Source: Epiperipatus broadwayi (lineage: Eukaryota > Animalia > Onychophora). Taken from it: a DNA stretch of 64,000 nt. The DNA lies in contig JAQFVV010000007.1 in the NCBI GenBank assembly GCA_028023455.1, positions 8,494,001 through 8,558,000 of the forward strand, given 5' to 3'. Each line of letters begins with the position of its first letter. The first letter of the stretch is position 1. The notes under the pieces were generated by a model, which saw only the letters and a program-made list of their open reading frames with translations, was not told the origin of the DNA and did no database searches. This document shows positions 40,462 through 53,609 of this stretch, in pieces. A program made the position numbers and the translations under genes.

Positions 40462-41727
40462 CCCGGGTCTCATTTTATGCGGATTTATTTAATGCGATTT
40501 TGAAGTTATGTGATTCATGTTTCTTCTTAATATCTTTGTATGCGGTTTTCTTTTATGCGATAAAAATTATTAGATCAGAAGTTGAGCTCCAATAATGCAC
40601 TATTACTTTAAATATTATAAATTTTGCGCACTCACATCATATTTAAAGTAATAGCGCATTATTGGAGTTCGACTTCCATCTAATAATTTCAATATTTTCA
40701 GTGCTGTAATAGATTTTATGCAATAAAAAAGTTCATAATTCCCTTAAAATCAGGATTTCCCCATTTTATATACACACATTAAATTTTACAAGACTATAAT
40801 GTAAATCTGTTCAAATATTATAGATGAAAAAGACTACATATGTTGTTGGTTTTGCATTTTAAATCACGTTCTATTTTTGCTTTTTATAAAAAGAGTATGT
40901 AATCAATTAATCATTTAGTGTCCACAAGTTTATTTTTAAAAGGTGAGCAACAGCGGTAGGCACAATTAAATTTGATGATTAAAATCTGATTTTTATGTAA
41001 CATGATCTGAAATTAAGGTGATGTGAAACGATGAAATTTGATTTTTAAACGGAATAGAAAATTAAAAAATTAAAGACAAAAATAAGAATTTAATTTTTAA
41101 TTGTTAGTTTTAATTAAATTTTGCCCAACAGTGGTGAGTCGGTGTCTTTTTATTATCGTAAGTCTAAGTTCTTATTTTTATTTTAAACTTTTAGTTTACT
41201 CTAACAGAGAAAGAAAAAACATCCAAGAAAATGAATTTCTTTGTAAACAAAAATTTCAATTTTAGATTGCTTAGCGAAATGGGAAGAATCAACAGTGATT
41301 GGAAAATGTTTTAGTTGTATTTCCTCTTGACTTTGTTTAAGGAGAAGCTACAGTACCTCATATCACATCATGATGAATCTGATGTCTCAAATAGCGATAA
41401 TAATTTACATGTATAAAAAAAATCTAAATTACGCATAAAAATATATTGTTTTGAATAAAATTAAATACTGTTGTTAATAAAAAAAGTAAAAAAAGTTTGT
41501 CTTGTATCAATTTTTTTCAAATTTGAAATTTTTTATTAGTCATATTTTATTTTCTTATTTTTTTATGCGAATTTTAAAGTAATTTTACATTGTTTCTTTG
41601 CTTTTATGTGATTTTTGGAAAATTACAGTCTCCTATTTTTCAAGATAAGTTAAGTCTATTTCTGTGTGATTTCTTTTGTGCACATTTTCTGAGGAACCTA
41701 TCTACCACATAAAATGAGACCCAGGTG
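40462..41727 (+). mobile_element. Tigger/pogo-like (Tc1/mariner superfamily) deletion derivative, 1266 bp
   Basis: TIRs CACCCGGGTCTCATTTTATGCGG and CCACATAAAATGAGACCCAGGTG, with TA on both sides. Subterminal TTTTATGCGA repeats are present. An internal remnant KISILDCLAKWEESTVIGKCF (~41250-41315) resembles the CENP-B/pogo N-terminal HTH. Confidence 0.8.
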
Positions 41728-42609
41728 TACTTCTAATTATGAAGTCATTATAAAATTATGAAGTTCAGTTTTAAAATTTAAAATTGCCTTTATAATTATT
41801 AAAATAACATAAAGGTTCTTGTGTATTGTGTTGACAAAGTGTAGCAATAATATGTTTCCTTTTTAAACACTTTTATTTAAGCTACAAACTCTGCTGATTT
41901 GTTGGTTTATTTGGTAAATAATTTTAAATTAACACTTAATATATTTGTAATTAATATAATTTTTCAAATTATGCATACTTGTTACAAATTACTGTCAATA
42001 CAATAGGATACTAAAATATTTTAGGTATATTCCCTAGCTTTTTAAATCCAAAGGAATTAATGAATGAAATTTCAAATTTTTTATATCAAATTTCAAATAC
42101 GTTAACATAACTTCAATATGTTTTTAGGAATGCAAGTAAGATGGTGGTATCTGTATATATTTTTAAAAACTTGACTTTAAAAAGTATCTTAACAATTTTT
42201 TAAATAAAAATAAATTTTTATTATAAAATTATATTGTTAACAAACTTTATCTAGTACATATGATTTTATTTTTAACTTTAATCCTAAAAGTGAACAATAA
42301 TAGAAAGTAAAAAAATATTTTCTAGTAAATGTTTTTAATTATTTACTTTGGATTAGAAACACAAAATAATTGGGCTTTTTATATTTAATTTGAAATAAAA
42401 AAGTAAAAGCAGGGGCAGAAATTATTTAAATCAATCTAATTTTTATAACATGGGTTTAACTTAATTTATTTTTGGACTCCCACACTCCCAATGCATTTAT
42501 TTCAAGTTAAATATAAAAAGCTCAATTATGGTAAAAGAAAAAAATATTTTGTTCTTTTAGTCCAAGGTAAATAAATAAAAGCATTTATTATAAAATATAT
42601 TTTATAATG

Positions 42610-42929
42610 TGTTTTCCTGAAGGTTTGTGATGATAGTATTTTAGTTGTATTTATATATTGGACTATTTCCATCATCTAATATAAGTATTGAATGTCTTTA
42701 GAAAAAAATAATTTTATTTAAATATTCCAAACACATTCAATTGTTAGTAATAGCACACAGGTTAATACATGGGCAATGTTTTGAAAGGTGTTATTCCCAC
42801 TGTTCTTCAGGTGTATCTAGCCTGACCAGTGACAGTACTAGCATGGGAAATGAATGTGGACCCTTAAATTCTTTAGTATTGAATTTTAAGGTAATGCTAT
42901 AACCAACTAAGCTACCTGCCATAGGCAAC
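42610..42929 (-). repeat. PLE pseudo-LTR (inverted copy at the 3' end of the minus body)
   Basis: The reverse complement reads GTTGCCTATGGCAGGTAGCTTAGTTGGTTATAG...CACCTGAAGAACAGTGGGAATAACACCTTTCAAAAC, homologous to the plus pseudo-LTRs. Confidence 0.85.
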
Positions 42930-44981
42930 AATCACTAGAAATTTCATATAATTAACTATGAGGTTTTCTACACTTTTTCCTAAAAGCAAAATTGATTAGT
43001 GGTTTCCATACATTATGCATAGTCACACTAGGTTGGCTTATGGGACTTTTTGCCATTGTCATGTGACCAGCTTTTTAAAATTTTGTTCTTTGTACCTTTT
43101 CTTCTCTATCCAATATTTTTGTCTTTTCACAATTTATCATATATTCATCAGCACATACATGGTCTACTACCTTAGGCACATCTGTTTTCTTTCTTTTAAT
43201 CATAAGTTTGTTTTCTTGCAAGCACTTTTCAATGAGATGACGGTATCTCCATTATACATTCTTCTACATTCACATGGTATTTTATAGATTAAATTTTTAC
43301 TTTTCAGCATTTCAAATTTAGGCTTGTAGATGGTAGAATTCCTTATAGTGTGTCCTTATAGGGTGGTATGGCTCTGGAAAGCTGTTCTGATGTTATATTG
43401 ATTGCAGATTTTCTCTTAATTTGTCTGCTATTTTTTGGTATGTATGGGTATACTACAATATCAATAACTTTTTTTTTCAATGATTTTTTTCATTGTCTAT
43501 TTAATGTTTTCTTAATAACATTGATGGATAACCATTTATCAGAAGAGTTTTTTCTATATAGATCTTTTCTTTTTTCAGATCAATGGTTTCTGAACAAACC
43601 TCTTTTGTTCTATTCCATAGTGATAGTATAACTCCATGTTTTGTGTTTCTGGTGTGACTGGATGTTCTTGTTCTGATTCTATTGAGAATTTAATTGAAAG
43701 GGTTATATTGTTGATGTGATTCCAGAAAGTTTGTAGTAGTGCTCTACCATGTGACTATACAACAACTGTATCATCAACATAGTGAAGCCATACTTTAGGT
43801 GGATATGAAGTAATTTTTATGGCTGTAGTTTTAAATTCTTCCATAAAAATATTGCTAATCAGGAATGACAATTTCCCACAACCATTTCTTGATTTTGTTG
43901 GAAGAATTGTGCATTATATTGAAATGATATTATGTAGAATGTTAATAGCTCCATAGCTATTATTACCATTTAATGTTTTTCTTACAAAAGGCATTGCTTC
44001 TTCACATGGCACATTTGTGAATAAACTTTCTACATCAAATCTTACTAGTAAGTCATTTCTAAAACTTTGAGAATCTTGACAAATTTTGGCAAGGCAAATT
44101 TCTAGAACGATAGGTCTTAATAGAACACGGTCCTTATGGATTTCAGGTAGAGCATAAAGATAAAGACTTTTGCTGAAATATAATGTTAGTTTACTTTTTT
44201 TCTGAATCACTGAAGTACCTGTGATGCTTTCTGAGTAATGCTTATAACTTTGTTTCTAGACTCAGTATCAGATTTTTTTTTTCGCATTTCTGTATTATGA
44301 AGAGTTTTTGTGTTAGTTGTCATAATTAGTTGTATCCATTACAACTGTTGCATTGCCTTTGTCAGAGGGAAGATTTAACTGCTTTTCTCTCACCATTGGA
44401 TATGTTTGATTTCAATTTTTGTTGCCTGTCAAGTATTCTTTTTATTCTCTGGTGTAATTCTCCTGCTTCTTCTAAAGAGATTTTTGAGTTATTTCCTCAG
44501 AACCATTATATCTAATAAAGGAATATTAGATGGTGTTTATGACAAAGTTTAATCTTCTTTCAAGAAAAGATATTTCAGAATGTTAGATGTTCAGAATTGA
44601 TATTTTTAATAGATGAAGCTGGCACTGTTTGGTACATTATGATTTTTGATATCCCATGTAGGTTTACAAGTTTTTGCTTTTGGCATTCTTTTATTTCTCT
44701 ATATAATGTAGAATATGTTTTTCTTACTGCTTAAGAAACTCTTGTGAAGTCTTCATCAGTAAGTTTATTTTTAGAAAACATTCTAAATTATTAATGGAAT
44801 GCAAGGTGATATTTGGAAAACCTTTGAAATTTTCTCTTAACAGAGCTTAACTTACTCTCTGAGTAATTTTCTCAGCTTTCTGAGAATGAATTAGAGATTT
44901 TAGTTGCAATCCTTTAGAAATTATCCCTTCAGATTTACATAAGAAAGTTAAATGGTAAGTATATGAAATTTTCTATTGACT
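42930..44981 (-). mobile_element. Second Penelope-like body, inverted, with internal deletions
   Basis: Minus-strand motifs: LYALPEIHKDRVLLRPIV and FDVESLFTNVP (ORF 43914-44210), VWLHYVDDTVV (YVDD at 43770-43781), ESEQE and IYKIPCECRRMY (~43260). It is collinear with the plus copy but shorter. Confidence 0.9.
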
Positions 44982-45273
44982 GTTGCCTTTGGCAGGATGG
45001 CTCAGATAGTTAGAGTGTTATTTTAAAATTCAATTTTCAAGAATGTCAGAGTCCAGGTTTGATTCTCATGCTAGTACAGTCATGGGTCAGGCTAGCAACA
45101 CCTGAAGAAGAGGGGAGAATAATACCTCTTGAAACATTGTGCATATACTAACCTGTTTCATATTACTAACAGTTGAATGTATTTGGAACATTTAAATCAA
45201 GTTAATTTTTTTAAAGACAGTCCAATATATAAATACAACTAAAATACCTTCATCACAATTCTTCAGGTAAATA
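44982..45273 (+). repeat. PLE pseudo-LTR (central copy): tRNA-like head + hammerhead
   Basis: Direct repeat of 47586-47870 and inverted repeat of 42610-42929. It carries an A-box-like GGCTCAGATAGTTAGAG, a B-box-like CCAGGTTTGATTC and an HHR core at 45102-45142. Confidence 0.85.
45096..45142 (+). ncRNA. Minimal type I hammerhead ribozyme motif in the PLE pseudo-LTR (degenerate)
   Basis: CAC-CTGAAGA-A-GAGGGG(loop)CCTCTT-GAAA-CATT-GTG. Comparing four copies gives the consensus ...CCTCTC GAAACGTT GTG, with a palindromic AACGTT stem III and a 3-bp stem I (CAC/GTG). HHRs in PLE pseudo-LTRs are established. Confidence 0.7.
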
Positions 45274-47585
45274 CTAAGTATTTGGTATAGACTCGATATT
45301 ATATCAAACTTTACACATTATGAAAAATTATTTCTAAAGCTGGTCAAAGTAGAAAGACATTTAACTTTCTTATGTAAACCTGAAGGGATAATTCCTAAAG
45401 ATTTGCAACAAAAACTTCCAATTCACTCCCAGACAGCTAAGAAAATTACTCAGAGAGCAAATTGAGCTCTCTTAAGAGAAAAAATAAATGTTCAAAGTTT
45501 TTTTCTAAGTTTCAACCTTTGCATTCCATTAATAATGCAGAATTGTTTTCTGAAAAATAAACTTACTGGTGAAGACTTTACTATAGTTTCTCAAGTAGTA
45601 AGATAATAATATTTTACATTATATGAAAAAATAAAAGAATACCAAAAGAAAAAACTTGCAAATCTATGTGGACCTATCAAAAATCATAATGTACAAAACA
45701 GTGTACCAGCTTCATCTGTTAAAAATCTCAGTTCTAAACAGTTAACAGATGCTGGAATTTCTTTTCTTGAAAGAGGATTAAACTTTTCCATAACGCTATC
45801 TGATATCTCTTTATTAAAGTTAATGGCAGCCAGTGAGGAAGTCACATAAAAACTGCTTTTAGAAGAAGCAGCAAAATTACAGTGGAGAATAAAAAAAGAC
45901 TTAGACAAGCAATAAAAATTGAATTCAATCATATCCTATGATAAGAGGAAAGCAATTAAATCTTTCAACTTGATAAATCTATAATTATTCTCCCTGCTGA
46001 CAAAGGCAATGCAACCCTTGTAATGGATACAACTGATTATGACAATGAAATACAAAAATTCCTCACAGCAGTTCAAAACAGAAAAATGGCAAAAAAAATT
46101 GATACTGAATACAGAAACAAAGTTACAAGCAGTACTCAGAAAGCATCGCAAGTACTTCACTGATTCAGAAAACAATAAATTAACATCATATTTCAGCAAA
46201 ATTCCTCATCTTTATGGTTTACCTAAAATCCACAAGATTTGAGTTCCATTAAGACCTTTTGTTATAGAAATTCACTTTATAAAATTTGTCAAGATTTTCC
46301 AATGTTCTCAGTCCTTTGGCATACAAGACCCAGTCCTTTGACAGGGATTCTAGACATTTTGCAGAATTAATCAAGAACATGAAAATGGAAAGATCTGACT
46401 TACTGGTAAATCTTGATGTGGAAAATTTATTCACAAATCTACCATAAAAAGAAGTATTATTGTCTATTGTAAGGAAAAAATTAAATGGTGGGTATAGATT
46501 GCAAATCAGAACAACTGACAGTATAATGGAACTATTAATATTCTGCCTAAAAACAAACTACTTTCAATATAACACAGAATTCTTCCAAAAAATCAAAGAA
46601 TGGCTATAGGCTCACCATTGTTACCCCTGATTTACAATATTTACATGGAAGAACTTGAAACCACAACCATAAACCCTACACCATACCCACCTAAATTTTG
46701 GCTTCACTGTGTAAATGATATATTTGTTGTAAGACATGAAGCTCTACTACAAACTTTCTGGAAACACATCAACAACATATCCCCATCAATTATCTTCACA
46801 ATAGAATCAGAACAAGAATAAAAATTGGCATTCTTACATTTCTTGTGACAAGACCCCTCAAGGCAAAATTAAAACTACAGTTTACAGAAAACCCACACAT
46901 ACAGGAAAATACTTATCTTATACATCCAATCACATCAGAAACACAAAACATGGAGTATACTATCACTATGGAATAGAGCAAAATAAATTTGTTCAGAAAC
47001 CAGCAATTTGGAAAAAGAAAAAATTTATATGCAAAAAACTCTTATGAAAAATGGTTAGTCACCAGCTATTATTAAAAACATCTTAAATAGACAAAAAAAA
47101 TCCATCAAAAGAAGAAACAACTATTGGTATTGTAGTGTCCCCATGCATGCCAAGAATACTAGACAAATTAAGGAAATTATGCAATAAGTATAACAACAGA
47201 ACAGATTTCCAGAGCCAAACCACACTACAAACTTTAAGAAAAAATTGCATCTATGTAATTCCATGTGAATGTGGAAGAATGTATATTGGTGACACCAGTC
47301 ATCCCATTCAAAAATTCTTGCAAGAACACAAACTGATGATTAAAAGAGAGAAGACAGATGTGTCTAAGGTAGTAGACCATGTATGTACCAATGAACATAT
47401 GTTCAATTGGGAAATACAAATATATTGAATAGAGAAAAAAGGCACAACAAAGTAAATTTAAAGAAGGTACTCACATGACAATAGTGAGCAACCCCATAAA
47501 TTCAATGTAGTGTGACTATAAATAATGCATCAAAACCATTAATCAACTTTGCTCTTAGAAAACAATAGAGAAATCAGGTTTCTGA
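45274..47585 (+). mobile_element. Penelope-like retroelement body (RT + GIY-YIG endonuclease), decayed by stops and frameshifts
   Basis: Manual translation gives PLE motifs in order: NLSSKQLT..ERGLNF (~45724), ILPADKGNA (ADKG 45996-46007), PHLYGLPKIHK (46213), LDVENLFT (~46410), AIGSPLLP..NIYMEELE (~46600), WLHCVNDIF (YVDD-derived, 46708), VYRKPTHTGKYL (~46880) and IYVIPCECGRMYIGDT (GIY-YIG, ~47250). Confidence 0.93.
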
Positions 47586-47870
47586 CTTGCCTTTGGCAGG
47601 ATGGCTCAGTTGGTTAGAGTGTTACCTTAAAATTTAATATTCAAGAATCTAAGGGTCCAGATTCAATTCCATGCTAGTATTGTCACTGGTCAAGCCAGCA
47701 ACATCTGAAAAAGAGAGGAGAATAGTACCTCTCAAAACATTGTGCATATACTAACCTGTGTGCTATTACTAACACATAAATGTATTTGGAATATTTAAAT
47801 GAAGTTAAATTTTTCTAAAGACATTCATTACTTATATTAGATGATGGTAATAGTCCAATATATAAATACC
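47586..47870 (+). repeat. PLE pseudo-LTR (3' copy)
   Basis: Alignable by eye to 44982-45260: GGCAGGATGGCTCAGTTGGTTAGAG...CTGAAAAAGAGAGGAGAATAGTACCTCTCAAAACATTGTGC...AATAGTCCAATATATAAATAC. Confidence 0.85.
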
Positions 47871-50800
47871 AATATTTTTATTTCTATTGTTACTACAAAC
47901 TTATTAACTTGTACTTTTAAATATTTCACAAAAGTTAGTGCCACTCATTCTTTTGAAATTAAACTTTCTTTGTTTTCATTTTAAAATTGTGGGAAAACCA
48001 AATGGACTATGCATTTGTCAACACTATCATTTTTTTGGGGTTCAATTTTTTAATATGATATCAAAAATTTGATTTTTTTTTATCATTTTTCTAGTAATAA
48101 GTCCATTTTTTTTTTCTGCTCAATTTATTAAATTGTGCAGAAAAAAAAGACGTAAATATTTTAATGGCAAAATGTAAATAGAAAATTGTTTCAACATGTT
48201 TCAAAGATTTTACAATTTCAAACCCTTTATCCTGAAAATAAATGTAATGCTTATATTATATGTAAATATTCAATTTTAGATTTTTTTTATTATTATGGTA
48301 TGTATTTAACCGATTTTTGCATTTTAATTTTTATGTGGGCAGGGAGGTTTGTGTTTTATGTATTTAACCGATTTTTTTACTTGATTTTTTACTTGCTTTT
48401 GATGTCTTGCTTTAGGTGAACTGATTTTTTTTACTTGATTTTTTACTTACGTTTGATGTCTTGCCTTAGGCATTTTAATTTTACAGACTTCAGCGATTTT
48501 TTGGATATCTTGCCTTAGGCATTTTAATTTTCCATTGATTTCAGCAATTTTTGGATAGAAATTTATCACTTGCATGTTTCTTGGTGGTTCTTGATGGTAC
48601 TGCAGCATCACCTAGTGGCCACATTATGCATAACTGACAACTACCATTATTTGATTATTATTTTAATTTTTTTTATTAATGTGTTTATCTTTGTACTAAC
48701 TTGTCTGTGTAATATATAAATTACATTTGTAAATTAGCTGATTATATTCTATATAATTTTGAGGCTCTGATCCAAGTTTGAGACCTTATTTTATACACAT
48801 AGTGACTGTCAAAAGTTTTAATAATTTATTAGCATGTCTGTATTTGTATTAGTGTGTACTAGCATATATGTTTGTATAACAAGTAATGATTTTAACCACA
48901 TTTATAAAATTAGGCTATTACAGAGCAGTGCAATGTAAATTTTAAGACAGATTATCAGATACACAGAAAGGTTGCAGTTGTTAAAGCAATCACAAAATTT
49001 ACCAAAAAAGAGATTTCAAGTGGTGGGTGTGTGGTAATAGCCACAATGGTTGTGTATACCACATGGAATTGTATCCAAACAAAGAATTAAATCTACATTC
49101 TTCCCTATGCCTTGGTACTCATCCTGTGGAGTCAGTAGTTTTGCCACAGCTTGTTTCACATTATTATCAGGTTTACAGCTAGCTAATGAGCTATATGAAA
49201 ATAAATTATATCTCTGTTGGACAATAAATATAACAAGATAGCATCACTGGTGTGCACAAAGAGGAGACTCATTTTATCATTGATACAGACAACGGACTTC
49301 AATTACTAGTTCTGGATAGACAAAAAGCCAATTGCTGTGATTACAAATGAATATCCATCTTCTGGAAATGATTTATTTTGTATCTTTTATTAGGAAGAGT
49401 CTTTTTCTTATAAATGCCTTGAGATTTTTAACTTCTGGGTTACAAAAAAATATGATGAATTCCTATAGTTCTTTTTTTATAAGTTATGAAGCAATTGATT
49501 ATCTCAGGTAAGAAGTACTATATATGGTTTGAATGAGAATTTTGTAAGGAATTTAAAGAAATTATCCATGAAGATGTAATTTTAAACTTAGTTATCTTAT
49601 AAATTAGAAATTATGAACAAACAGTAAAGTAACAATTTTTGGGGGATATTGAAATTTCTTTTTTTCTAAGGACCTTTTTAATGTTGTTAATCACTATTTG
49701 TCTTAGCTTTATTGTTTGCCTTAGTTTTTTTTATTTTCTGTCAATAAATAGCATTTTACTCTAACATTATTAAAACTGATGTTATTGTGAAAATTGGACT
49801 CAAGTCAATTTTTAAAAATTCAATATGGCGCTAAATGTTGCAAACAGTTAAAAAAATTAAACATTTAAAAAAAATCTGAGTGCTTACATATATATATATT
49901 TTTTTAAATAGTTACTATTCAAATATTTTGTAACAATCTTTAGAGAACCACTACTCCTCTACCCATGTCTTTAACTTGTGTTTAAATCTGCAAACATGTG
50001 TAGAGGAATGATCCTTAATGATCGTTGCAAATCAAAAACATAAGGCTATATAAATAAATCACTACTTAAATATATGCAAATATTTTGTAAAAAATAATCG
50101 CAAATATTTAAATAAATAATGAAATTATACAATTTTTTTGGCGGACTAACAATAATAATCAAAGAGGAGTTTATGAATCTCAAAGAATCTACCAGTCAGT
50201 GACTTCTAGGCTTTTTTCTGTCCTTTTGTAGATTTCGTAAACACACGATAGATATTTTCATACTTTTTAAACTAATAAATCAATATTTACTTTATTTTCA
50301 ATTTTAACCATTAAATGAATATAAAAGTAGCAAAATAGTGGGAAGAGAATGATTTAAAACGGAAAGACAATAGTGACATCGCAGTTGTTCAAAATACAGT
50401 ATAGTGAATCTCAGAATCATTGGATTAATTACAAGGATTAATATTATTAATTAACGTATTTATAAAAGTATTGTTTAGATAAAATAATAAGTTGTTTATA
50501 AATCTTTTTTTTACACACCTGTCACCATCAAATAATGATTACTTGTATTTTTTTAAATAACTTCAAATGCTTTGTAACTTTTAACCGAAGATCATTTATT
50601 CTTAAAGAATACTTCAAACCTTTAAAGAATAGTTATTTTATCATTTACAGCAAAATACAGCTTTTATCACTGATAATATGAAATATAGAAAGCTTCTGGC
50701 CAAAACAAGAATAATATATATCATTAAAGTGAAAGCTTTAGTTTAAAAAGATACCTGATAAATATACATCACAAAGAAATAAAATGTAATCAAAAATAAA

Positions 50801-50971
50801 AACAAGATTACCATTCAAAATCGTTCTAGAATTAAAAGTATATCAAACTAATATTGTATTATAAATATTTATCTTTTAGTGCCGCGTATTATAAATATTT
50901 CTCGCCATATATAGATGAAAGATAAAAAAAAAGAAAAGGCTATTAGAGACAAAAAAAGATCCAAGTTCCTT

Positions 50972-51032
50972 CACACAGAGAGAGAGAGAGATGAGACAGA
51001 GAGAGAGAGAGGGGGGGAGAGAGAGAGAGAGA
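50972..51032. repeat. (AG)n microsatellite
   Basis: Directly visible interrupted AG run. Confidence 0.9.
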
Positions 51033-51761
51033 TGTTACAAAATAAGCTAGTCATTAAAACAACTAATATCATGAGTGATTAGTCCAGTGGCACAATGGTG
51101 GACTTTGGAGGTCAAGATTCAAAAGTTATAGTTTCACTCCATCAATTATGGTGCTCAAACTTCTTATTAATTTGCAATAAACGATTCAATTATTATTTTT
51201 ATTTAATAATTACTTCATTGAGAGTTTATTAAATATTTCAGAATTGAACATAGAATTTAACCAGTGCCAGGTAGTGAACTTTTTTATTCTGCCTTTACTT
51301 TCTACTTAAAATTATTTAGAACTCAAGGCATAATCAATAATTGGCAATTGGATTACTTGCATGGAATAAAAATCCCACAGTGTTTGTAAATAATCTAGTT
51401 GTTCAAAACAAAGTTCTAGATTTGAATATCAGGGCATGCATGGCAGGCAACCTTTGTTTTATTTAAGTCTTTTAAACATGCTATAGGAACTTTCATCAGT
51501 AAATGAAATTGAATATAAATGTTTTTGTTAGATCATTAATGACAAGGGCTGTAAATTTTCTTTTGAATAAAATGACATTTAGATGCCAATTAATAAAAAG
51601 GAAGCTAATTGCCACATAGCTGGAGAAGAAGAATGAGAAGATACTTAATTAGAATGGATTCATTTCTGTGCTGACATATTATTAATCCTTAAAAACTGTA
51701 ACAGATATTCAATCTTATGACTTTTGCTCCTAAGCTTCTTCTATGTGTTCTCAATACCAGG

Positions 51762-52239
51762 AGAGTATGCCCCATTGAAAAGGTGACTGGTTCTTTCTCC
51801 AAATTGTCTGCAGAACCATCTCTAAATACATAATAACATAGTTTAGCCATTCACTATAAATTTTTTAAGGCATACCATGTCTGCAACATGCGTTACAACA
51901 TGAAAAATGATAATGTTTCATACCTTCTCTCCCTCCCACCCACTCTCTCTCATCCCTCTCCAACAATAAATCTTTCAAATGATTTGAAAATGTTATTATG
52001 ACTCCTGAATTTTGCCCAATTTAAAACAAAATTAATTGCCAGTGTCCAACATTTAAGGTATGAAATATAATGTCACATTTGATGTCACAATGTAAGATCC
52101 ACACATGCTGGTGCCTTCAAATTTTTGTAGTGAATAATTAACTTGTATTCCTACACAATTCATGCATTGATTCAGAGATATCATTTCAGACAGTTTAGAA
52201 AGAGAATGGATAACCTGTCATCTTTTTAGTGGGACATTG
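51762..52239. mobile_element. Second copy of the TIR-bounded MITE
   Basis: The left end ...CCCATTGAAAAGGTGACTGGTTCTTTCTCCAAATTGTCTG is the reverse complement of the right end of the 27363 copy. The right end is CTTTTTAGTGGGACATTGTA. Confidence 0.55.
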
Positions 52240-53609
52240 TATATGTGAAGGACTTTGTTGCTTTCTTTTTAATATAGGTCATCTTTACAAAATATTTCAT
52301 TACAGAAAACACCAAAAAACTAATGAAAATCATATATGTTTTCTGCACAAGTTAACCACAAATTAATATGTAGCAGCCATGTTCTCCATGAGTATATTTG
52401 ACTGATTAGCCTTTAGGTTGATGATAAAATACAGAGTTTACAATATAAACTGCATATTTATATGGAACATTTCTTCTCCACTTACATTATTCAAGTGCTT
52501 AACACTTTTAAGCAAAATCTTTATCTTATATAAAGAAAATCAATTCCGATTTCACAACCCAATAGTTTGATACCCATTAACCAACCAATATTATATTGTT
52601 TTCTGCTTAGGTTGCTGTCTATTTGAAAGTAACTTCTTAGCTACTTGGGAAGTTGAAATAATGTTCATGTTGTTCTAGCTTAAATTCAAATCCTAAATAT
52701 AGGCATAGTCAAATGATTGTTTCAGATATGATTATCCATCATTATATTTTGTCTCCCTAATCTGAATCCATATAAGCCATGCTGGAAAAGGCCTACATCA
52801 GATGGTTGCATTTGTTGCTTGGTAGTAAAAGCAATTTCATTATTATCATTAATAAGAAATATTGTTAATCCATTACAGAATAAAAATCAAGTTCAATTAT
52901 TTATCTTAGACCATAATTCATAATCTCTATATAAAACTAAAAAAATTTCTTATATATATAATTTATTTTCTCTCTTAATATCTTTTGGGATTTAGAACAG
53001 GATCTCATCTATCCACCCATTGGCATCTCTTAAAAAATTTCCAATTCAGCTTCATGTCAGTATCAATAATATTTACTTTTTTTACCATACATGTATTTCA
53101 CTTTTAATCCTTTATTATAAAAAATAAATTAATGGTTTATTGCTCAGGAGTATAAAAAGTTTGATGATTTGAAGTGAAAACGTTGGACATAATATGGACA
53201 CCGATCTCTAGCCTGCCATTTCATCAGTGCTCCAAAAATGCAAGGCTTAAACTTCATTGTTAATCCCAACATCCAATATCTGATTATAAAATATTTTATT
53301 AAACTATAGGAGATTTTGAATGACTACCTTCAGATACTTCTCACTACACATAGTGCATGGGTTCAATGTACCACTGTTAATGTGTAGTAATCCTTTACTA
53401 TATAGTTACATGGATGATTTATTGTTTGGTAATTGAGAAAAAGTTCACCTGAAAGAACAAAACTGGGCATGATCTCACATAATGGTCTGGCATTCTACCA
53501 CTACATGAAAGCAATGCATGACTTGATCTTTCATTGATAACCCCAAAACATAATATTAGGATATAAAATATGTTACTGAGTCATATACAGTATCTGAAGG
53601 ACTCTCAGA

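Noticed and set aside
43015-47419. Listed ORFs antisense to the PLE bodies (e.g. 43015-43287, 43368-43631, 44330-44515, 45684-45932, 45936-46199, 47234-47419)
   Set aside because: They are shadow frames of the retroelement coding strand, not genes.
51455-51500. Minus-strand CTGATGAAAGTT...GACTTAAA as a hammerhead (also CTGATGA at ~58586 and ~53225)
   Set aside because: GAAA, stem III and stem I are missing; the heptamer alone is expected by chance.
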